Shown here: one piece after another, positions 57,584 to 63,904 of the stretch | How positions within the stretch are numbered: the first letter of the stretch is position 1 | How the letters are laid out: every line of letters begins with the position of its first letter | Assembly: GCA_964196275.1 (NCBI GenBank) | Contig: CAXMSN010000104.1 | Span: 1-63,904, forward strand | Source of the DNA: an uncultured Kiloniellales bacterium | GTDB lineage: Bacteria > Actinomycetota > Acidimicrobiia > Spongiisociales > UBA5794 | Direction of reading: 5' to 3' | DNA: 63,904 nucleotides | Notes under the pieces: generated by a model | Told to the model about the DNA's origin: nothing | What the model saw: the letters and a program-made list of their open reading frames with translations, nothing else | Databases searched by the model: none | Translations under genes and position numbers: made by a program

Positions 57584-58153
57584 TCAGGTTCGTCCGGTCT
57601 CGCCTGCGAGTCTGACGGGACCGACCTTCGAAGGGTTCCATCCGGTCTTTCCGTCATAGACCTCTGCTGCGAAGGCCATCCACGCGTCTGGGTCACCGTC
57701 GACCTTCTTCGCTGGTCCGAAGCGGACCGTCTTCGTTGAGCCGTCAACGATCGCCATGAGTATCGGAACGTCGGCTGCGTCCGCTATACGCCAGAACCCA
57801 GAGTGCCAATGCTCGACCCTGGATCTCGTTCCCTCAGGGGTGATCACGAGCAGCAAGCGGTCCGCCTCTGCGAACGCCTTCGTTGTCGTCGGAACCAAGG
57901 AGTGCGCCTCGGTCCGATCGACCGGGATTCCCCCGAAACGGCGGAGCATCGCACCGAGGGGGCCCCAGAAGACCGACTCCTTGATGAGGACCCGCACCGT
58001 GAGATGGAAGTGTTGGATAGCGCCGAGGAAGAGGACGTAGTCCCAGTTCGAGGTGTGCGGCGCCGCGATGATCACCATCTTCGGATGGTCCGGCATCTCG
58101 CCGACAACGCGCCATCCGATCAGATTCACGAACTTGAGGGCCAACCACTTCAC
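57584..58153 (-). CDS. plsC: 1-acyl-sn-glycerol-3-phosphate acyltransferase family protein
   Basis: APHTSNWD (HxxxxD), GGIPVDR, ITPEGTR, SGF. Confidence 0.85.
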   Translation of the reverse strand: MKWLALKFVNLIGWRVVGEMPDHPKMVIIAAPHTSNWDYVLFLGAIQHFHLTVRVLIKESVFWGPLGAMLRRFGGIPVDRTEAHSLVPTTTKAFAEADRLLLVITPEGTRSRVEHWHSGFWRIADAADVPILMAIVDGSTKTVRFGPAKKVDGDPDAWMAFAAEVYDGKTGWNPSKVGPVRLAGETGRT

Positions 58154-58204
58154 ACGCTGACCGTACTATCGGAGCGACAGTATCTCGGCAGCAGGGAGCG
58201 GGCA

Positions 58205-59413
58205 GTGAACATCGATCGGATCAGGGACGGCTTTCCGTCGCTGGGGCGCCAGGTCGGCGGCGAGCCTGCTGCCTACCTTGATGGTCCAGGCGGAACCCAG
58301 GTCCATGGTTCGGTTGTCGACGCGATGTCCGACTTCATGCGAAAGGGTGGCAGCAATCTGGGAGGAAGCTTCGACAGTTCGGTCGAGACCGTGGCCGGAG
58401 TGGACGGTGCGCGCAGCGCCGTCGCAGATCTGTTCGGCTCCCAACCATCTGAGGTCGTCTTCGGACAGAACATGACGTCGCTGACCTATGCGATGTCGCG
58501 TGCGCTCGCCAGAACCTGGTCGCCCACCAACAACGTTGTCGTGACACGCTTGGACCACGATGCGAACGTCACACCGTGGGTACAGGCGGCCAAGACCGCT
58601 GGCTGCGACGTTCGGTTCGTCGATTTCGACCCGGACAACGGATGCCGACTCGACCTCACATCGCTGTCTGCAGCCCTCGATGACCGAACCGCCCTCGTTG
58701 CGTTCACGCATGCCTCGAACGCCGTAGGGACGGTGCCTCCGGTATCTGAGATCGTTGATGCCGCACATGCTGTTGGCGCGCTGACCTACGTCGATGCCGT
58801 CCATTACACGCCACACGCAGCCGTTGATGTGGCTGCGACAGGAACCGACTTCCTTGCCTGCTCGGCGTACAAGTGGTTCGGCCCCCATACGGGCTGCCTC
58901 TACGGCAAGGCAGAACTCCTCACGAGCATCGAGCCGTTCAAGCTGCGCCCCTCACCCGACACCGCACCGGACCGCTGGGAGACCGGCACACAGTCCTTCG
59001 AGTCGTTGGCTGGCGTTACGGCCGCGGTCGACTACATCGCGAGCCTCGGATCGGGTTCGACACGCCGAGAACGTCTCGTCGATGCGTATGGCCACATCGG
59101 CGCCGCGGAGGCCTCCATTTCCGAACGGTTCCTTGCGGGAATCGCTGACATGCCTCACATCAACCTCTTCGGCGAACCCAGCTCGGAAGGACGAACGCCA
59201 ACGTTCGCCATCGATGTCTATGGGATCCCGGCGGCCGAGGTAGCCAAGCGTCTCGGAGACCAAGGCATATTCGTGTGGTCCGGTAACTACTACGCGGTTG
59301 AAGTGCTGGACCGCCTCGGAAAGCCCGAAGGTCTCGTCCGAATAGGGTTCGTCCACTACAACACGCTCGACGAAGTCGACAGGGTTCTCGCCGCTCTGGA
59401 GGAGATGGGCTGA
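58205..59413 (+). CDS. Cysteine desulfurase-like PLP enzyme lacking the usual catalytic Cys
   Basis: YLDGPGGTQ, LDHDAN, VDAVH, CSAYKWFGPH, WSGNYYA. Confidence 0.85.
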   Translation: MNIDRIRDGFPSLGRQVGGEPAAYLDGPGGTQVHGSVVDAMSDFMRKGGSNLGGSFDSSVETVAGVDGARSAVADLFGSQPSEVVFGQNMTSLTYAMSRALARTWSPTNNVVVTRLDHDANVTPWVQAAKTAGCDVRFVDFDPDNGCRLDLTSLSAALDDRTALVAFTHASNAVGTVPPVSEIVDAAHAVGALTYVDAVHYTPHAAVDVAATGTDFLACSAYKWFGPHTGCLYGKAELLTSIEPFKLRPSPDTAPDRWETGTQSFESLAGVTAAVDYIASLGSGSTRRERLVDAYGHIGAAEASISERFLAGIADMPHINLFGEPSSEGRTPTFAIDVYGIPAAEVAKRLGDQGIFVWSGNYYAVEVLDRLGKPEGLVRIGFVHYNTLDEVDRVLAALEEMG

Positions 59414-59880
59414 TGGATACATCGACGATCCCGGGATCCGGGCCGAACGTCAGGTCGCTCGCGAAGGAAGCAACGGTCGCGACCGATCCCATGACCGCAT
59501 GGACTGCATGGACAACGTCCGAAGAGATCACGGCGTGGTGGGGACTGCCTGCTTCCAACGTTGACCTTCGGATCGGTGGCGTGTTCGAGATGCTCTTCGA
59601 CATGGAGGCGGAACTGGGAAGCCAGGGGGGTGAGGGATGCAAGTACCTCGGCTATGTGCCGGGCGAGATGATCTCGTTCACATGGAACGCTCCCCCACAC
59701 CTTCCGCTGCGTACATCCAACACATGGGTCGTCATCTCGTTCACCGAGGTCGACGGCGGCACACATGTGCGACTCGTGCACACCGGCTTTCTCGAAGGCG
59801 ATGACTGGAACGACTACATGGACTACTTCCAACGGGCATGGGAGTTCGTTCTCGGCCTCTTCGTCGACCATTGGTCCTGA
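59413..59880 (+). CDS. SRPBCC (AHSA1-like) domain protein
   Basis: AWTAWTT, VDLRIGG, ISFTW, THVRLVHTGF. Confidence 0.85.
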   Translation: MDTSTIPGSGPNVRSLAKEATVATDPMTAWTAWTTSEEITAWWGLPASNVDLRIGGVFEMLFDMEAELGSQGGEGCKYLGYVPGEMISFTWNAPPHLPLRTSNTWVVISFTEVDGGTHVRLVHTGFLEGDDWNDYMDYFQRAWEFVLGLFVDHWS

Positions 59881-59956
59881 AAGAGTCAGCCCTGACCGCA
59901 GCTCACCAGCAGCGGCGGCATTACTGTGCGCGTCACGCAACCAATAAGGGGCACCC

Positions 59957-60274
59957 GTGTTTCTCGTTCGACGCATCTACAGCGTGCAGCCAGGCCAGGC
60001 GCGCAAGGCAGCCACGTACCTTGACCGACTCGGAAAGGCATACGAGGAAGCTGGTACGCGCGGCCCGTCAACGGTCTACTTCAACAGTGGGACGACACCC
60101 GGTGACAAAGACACGGTCGTCATGGCGTGGACGGACGCCGAACTCAAGTCCGCCTACCGCGACGACAGGGTCAGGATCGACACCGGTGACATCATGGAAG
60201 GCTTTTCGGACATTGCCATCAGCTCACGGATCGAGTTCTGGGAGATGATGACCGACGAAAAGCAACTCGACTGA
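59957..60274 (+). CDS. Hypothetical protein (NIPSNAP-like barrel)
   Basis: 105 aa, RRIYSVQPGQ; AAGGGG RBS, GTG start. Confidence 0.65.
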   Translation: MFLVRRIYSVQPGQARKAATYLDRLGKAYEEAGTRGPSTVYFNSGTTPGDKDTVVMAWTDAELKSAYRDDRVRIDTGDIMEGFSDIAISSRIEFWEMMTDEKQLD

Positions 60275-60287
60275 CACAGTCTCGCGG

Positions 60288-60944
60288 TCAGCCCTCACCG
60301 CTTGACGGGTCGACGAAGCCAGATTCGTAGGCCATGAACGACAGTTCGTGCCTGCTTGCGACGCCGAGCTTGTCGAAGATGTGACTCATGTGTGTCTCAA
60401 GCGTCTTGACCTTCATGTCGAGCCGCGTGGAACTCTCGCGATACGTGTAGCCCCGAGCGATCATCTTGACCACATCGCGCTCGCGCTTCGTCAGCCCGTC
60501 GAACGGTGTCTCCCTCTCAAGTACGACGTCGATATCGAGCATGTACCCCGCGACCTCCGGAGAGATCGGGTTCTTGCCATCCGCAGCCTCGGTGAGCAAG
60601 CGGGGAAGGTCATCGTCGTTCGTTGCCTTGGTCAGGTAGCCGTCGACGCCTGCACCGAGCATCGCTGCCACGTCGTCGCGGGAGGTTGACACCGTGAAAG
60701 CAACACAGGTGACGTCGGGCTCTGCCTTCTTGACGGCTTCCACGATGCTCGCCCCCATGTTCCGCGTGCCGTAGTGGACGTCGATAAGGGCGATGTCCGG
60801 CCGATGGGCAAGGATCTTCTTGATCGCTTCGTCAGGCTCCTCTGCCTCGGCAACAACGTCGAACGTATCTTCGAGGATCGAGCGCATTCCCCGCCTCAGC
60901 GCGGGATGGTCGTCGACAAGGAGAATGGACAGCTTCTCGCTCAC
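60288..60944 (-). CDS. NarL/LuxR family response regulator
   Basis: LVDDHP, DIALIDV, GYLTK, LTKRERDV, HIFDKLGV. Confidence 0.92.
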   Translation of the reverse strand: MSEKLSILLVDDHPALRRGMRSILEDTFDVVAEAEEPDEAIKKILAHRPDIALIDVHYGTRNMGASIVEAVKKAEPDVTCVAFTVSTSRDDVAAMLGAGVDGYLTKATNDDDLPRLLTEAADGKNPISPEVAGYMLDIDVVLERETPFDGLTKRERDVVKMIARGYTYRESSTRLDMKVKTLETHMSHIFDKLGVASRHELSFMAYESGFVDPSSGEG

Positions 60945-62071
60945 GGCAACACCACCGAGATTTCGATTTCCGTGCCCATGTTGGGTGACGACGTGATCGA
61001 GGTCGAGCCTCCCACATCGGCGATCCGACGTTGGATCGAGTTTCTCAACCCGAAGCCTCCGCGCGCAACGTCGGGTTCGAACCCTCGGCCGCGGTCACGA
61101 ACGAACACCTCGACGGTGCCGTTCTCTCGTCCGCAGTACACATCGACGGTCTTCGACCCGGAGTGCTTCGCGGCGTTGACCAGCGCCTCTCTGGTTGCAT
61201 CGACGACCGCTTTGAGTTGCGGCGTGATCTCCGCATCGAAGACACACACCATGTCTATCTCTATGTCGTAGAGGTCCTCCACATCGTCCCGCGTCGCGAA
61301 CATCACGGTCCCGAACGAGTTGTCGTACTTCGATCGCAGCTGATGGATCGTGCGCCTGAGCTCCCGCTCCTGCTTCCTAGCCAGATACGTGACCTGATCT
61401 CCATCGTCTGCGGCCGACCGGATCGCCGTGAGCGTCTGAAGCACGGAGTCATGTAACTGATCAGCGAGAAGCGCCTGCTCATCGTTCCGGATCTGTCTTT
61501 GGCGCTCCTCAGCGAGCTTCTCCTCGGCTGCTTCGCGAAGGCGATCACGGTCACGGAGGATGTCGAACGCGTAGCCAAGGATGAAGCCGTAGATGAGGAA
61601 GACAACAGCACCAAGTTTGTCGTTCAGGGGATGCGAGCCGACAAGACTCATCCCGATCCACTGGGTCACGAACAGAACCCCGCCTGCAGCGATCGCCCAC
61701 CGCATCGTGCCAGCGAACGCGACAACTGCGATCCACGAAATGGGGTAACCACCGTGGAACGTGCTCTCGGACCCCGACGCATAGGACGCGACCGCCGCAC
61801 CGACCGCGACGACTCCATCGGCGACGACGAACCGGACGCTCCCGAGCCGGTCTGGATCCTTTGCGACCCACACCGTGAAGATCGTCCAGAGTCCGGTGAT
61901 GATGGCCGTGCTGATCGAGATCCGCTTGTCGATCAGGTCATCGCTGAAGAATGCACCGACGACGAGCAGGAGAAGCCACGCCCATCCCGCGATCCGGAAC
62001 GCAAGCACGATCCGCGTAAGGATCGTCTGGATCGGCGTCGGTTCGTGCTGTACTGCTGCGGCTTCTGCCAT
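60941..62071 (-). CDS. Membrane sensor histidine kinase (HisKA_3-type)
   Basis: Multi-TM N-terminus, LHDSVLQTL, EALVNAAKHSG, DRGRGF, GFGL; TAGGAT-N6-ATG. Confidence 0.9.
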   Translation of the reverse strand: MAEAAAVQHEPTPIQTILTRIVLAFRIAGWAWLLLLVVGAFFSDDLIDKRISISTAIITGLWTIFTVWVAKDPDRLGSVRFVVADGVVAVGAAVASYASGSESTFHGGYPISWIAVVAFAGTMRWAIAAGGVLFVTQWIGMSLVGSHPLNDKLGAVVFLIYGFILGYAFDILRDRDRLREAAEEKLAEERQRQIRNDEQALLADQLHDSVLQTLTAIRSAADDGDQVTYLARKQERELRRTIHQLRSKYDNSFGTVMFATRDDVEDLYDIEIDMVCVFDAEITPQLKAVVDATREALVNAAKHSGSKTVDVYCGRENGTVEVFVRDRGRGFEPDVARGGFGLRNSIQRRIADVGGSTSITSSPNMGTEIEISVVLP

Positions 62072-62198
62072 GTCGACATCCTAGAACGCACCGGCAGGTC
62101 GTTCCATGGGGAACAACCCTTACGTCTCCGCGGGGCATACTCGGTGTACAGGGAGACCTGCCATAGAATCTCGGTGCCGTGCAAGCTAGGGAGGACAC

Positions 62199-63904
62199 GT
62201 GCGCCGATATCTCATCGCCGCTCTCATCGCAATACCGCTCATCCTCATCGTTGGTGTCGTCGCGGTGTACGCGTACGAAGAGGTCGTGGGCGATGACACG
62301 GTGAGCCACGGCGTAACGGCGGTTGGCGTCGATCTCTCCCGTATGACCGTCGAAGAAGCCACCGAAGAGATCGCCGCGTACGAAGAGTCCCTTGCCTCCG
62401 AGGAACTTGAGGTCATCATCGACGGCCACAGCCGGATGATCGACCCCTACGAAGTCGGCTTCGAGATCGACGAGGATGCCGTAGTCGACGAAGCGTTGCA
62501 CACGCGTCGATCGATCAACGGTTTCACGAACTTCGGAAATTGGATCGGAAACTTCTCCGAGACCGAGGATGTGACCGTGCCCACGACGCTCGATGAAGAG
62601 GCCGTGCTCGCGCTGCTCGACGACTGGAACCTCACAGCGATCGACAAACCTGCGTACGAAGGATCCGTCATAGTTGTGAACGGTGCCCCTGCACCTGAAT
62701 ACCCGCTGGCGGGTGTTCGTATCGATGAAGAGGCATCCGTGCCCCTGATCCTTGCCGCCATGTCCGGAGAGACAAGCGGACCGGTAATCCTCCCTCTCAG
62801 ACCGCTCGTACCGATCGTTACAGATGCCGATGTCGATGAAGCCGTGGCGTTCGCAACGCTTCTCGTTTCCGAACCGATCGTGCTCAGGCCAACGGGCCGA
62901 ACAGCCGGCATGGTCTTCACGTCAGCAGGACTGACCTCCGCCCTCCGCAGCGAGGTCGTGACCAACTCGCCAGCGACGGTGGTGCCATCCCTTGATCCGG
63001 AGATCCTCCGATCGATCGCTCAGGCATCGGCGCCAGAGTTCACCGAGAGCCCGGTATCTGCCAGGTTCGCCTTCGACAAGGTTACGAAGCAGATCTCTGT
63101 CATTCCGTCCCGCGTCGGCCGGGCGGTCGACGTCGATGCCGTCGCCGATGCGGTCATAGCTGCAGCCGTCACGTGGCGAGGCGGCAATCTTCCCATGACG
63201 CAGGGCGACGCGGCAGAACTGACAACTGAGCAGGCTGAGGCCATGGGTCCGTTCGGCGAGGTTTCGACGTTCACCACGAGGCACCCCTGCTGTGCGAACA
63301 GAGTGGTCAACATCCAACTGCTTGCTGACACGATCGATGCCCACTGGGTCATGCCTGGCGAAGAGTTCTCCGTCAACGACACCGCAGGTCAGCGCACAAC
63401 CGCAAAGGGCTACACACGTGCCGGTGCGATCATCGGTGGCGAAGTTATCTGCTGCAGCAGCCCCATCAACATCGGTGGTGGCACGAGTCAGTTCGCCACT
63501 ACTTTCTACAACGCTGTGTTCTTCGGCTGCTACGAAGACGTGTTCCATCAGCCACACAGCCTCTACTTCTCCCGGTACCCGTTCGTCCGGGAGGCAACCC
63601 TCGGGTTCCCTGCTCCGGACGTGAAGTTCATGAACGACTCAGCCGCTCCTGTATACATCGAGACCACGCACACACCGGGATCCATCACTGTCACCTTCTA
63701 CGGGAATAACGGTGGCAAGGAGTGCACGTCGGTGCGCAGCGGGAACACCATCACACGTGTGATGACCCACGCAGATGGCTCCGTGACCGAGCAGTCATGG
63801 ACGTGGCGCTACAAGAAGCCAAAGCCCAAGGAACCTGAAACCCCGACCACAACGGCACCCCCGGACACCACCACAACGGCACCCCCGGACACGACCACAA
63901 CGGC
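62199..63904 (+). CDS. VanW-family cell-wall protein, partial (runs off window end; missing from ORF track)
   Basis: GGAGG RBS + GTG; N-terminal TM; NIQL.ADTID, PGEEFSVN, GGGTSQFATTFYNA, HSLYFSRYP, EATL; C-terminal PPDTTTTA repeats. Confidence 0.88.
   Translation, partial: MRRYLIAALIAIPLILIVGVVAVYAYEEVVGDDTVSHGVTAVGVDLSRMTVEEATEEIAAYEESLASEELEVIIDGHSRMIDPYEVGFEIDEDAVVDEALHTRRSINGFTNFGNWIGNFSETEDVTVPTTLDEEAVLALLDDWNLTAIDKPAYEGSVIVVNGAPAPEYPLAGVRIDEEASVPLILAAMSGETSGPVILPLRPLVPIVTDADVDEAVAFATLLVSEPIVLRPTGRTAGMVFTSAGLTSALRSEVVTNSPATVVPSLDPEILRSIAQASAPEFTESPVSARFAFDKVTKQISVIPSRVGRAVDVDAVADAVIAAAVTWRGGNLPMTQGDAAELTTEQAEAMGPFGEVSTFTTRHPCCANRVVNIQLLADTIDAHWVMPGEEFSVNDTAGQRTTAKGYTRAGAIIGGEVICCSSPINIGGGTSQFATTFYNAVFFGCYEDVFHQPHSLYFSRYPFVREATLGFPAPDVKFMNDSAAPVYIETTHTPGSITVTFYGNNGGKECTSVRSGNTITRVMTHADGSVTEQSWTWRYKKPKPKEPETPTTTAPPDTTTTAPPDTTTT

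Noticed and set aside
62072-62198. c-di-AMP (ydaO) riboswitch upstream of vanW
   Set aside because: The conserved GCUGAAUC/GGGGUGAAU/GUCAGCUAAC-type segments are absent
62199-63904. Vancomycin resistance locus
   Set aside because: VanW domain alone; no vanHAX, vanY or vanRS-type genes, and the adjacent two-component system is NarL-type

Overview
High-GC chromosomal segment. Marker genes (F420-type nitroreductase, DtxR regulator, MprAB-like two-component system, 1599-aa NAD-glutamate dehydrogenase, SigH/SigR-type promoter, many leaderless starts) point to an actinobacterium, probably Acidimicrobiia (inference). It holds about 70 genes. These include a complete System I cytochrome c maturation operon (ccmABCDEF-H-I-G), thioredoxin, tldD/tldE, a di-heme lipoprotein, paaABCDE plus TetR with a PaaR-type operator, a haloalkane dehalogenase, a UvrD helicase, a 1554-aa pyruvate:ferredoxin oxidoreductase, an XRE-DUF4268/vWA pair and a truncated VanW protein. 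I saw no rRNA, tRNA, CRISPR, integrase or transposase. The strongest hidden signal is at 45850-46845: two ORFs that the track splits are one PrdB/GrdB-like selenoprotein (in-frame TGA giving U-P-V-C, followed by a SECIS-like hairpin). It lacks its usual PrdA/Grd partners and overlaps an AI-2E transporter gene. Also notable are a dispersed REP-like palindrome family paired with 7-bp tandem arrays (one palindrome pair and one heptamer run lie inside coding sequence), MprA-type boxes linking the two-component system to a small secreted protein, a 42-bp direct repeat flanking a two-gene block, and a frameshifted GNAT gene. All family assignments come from motif recognition, not database searches.
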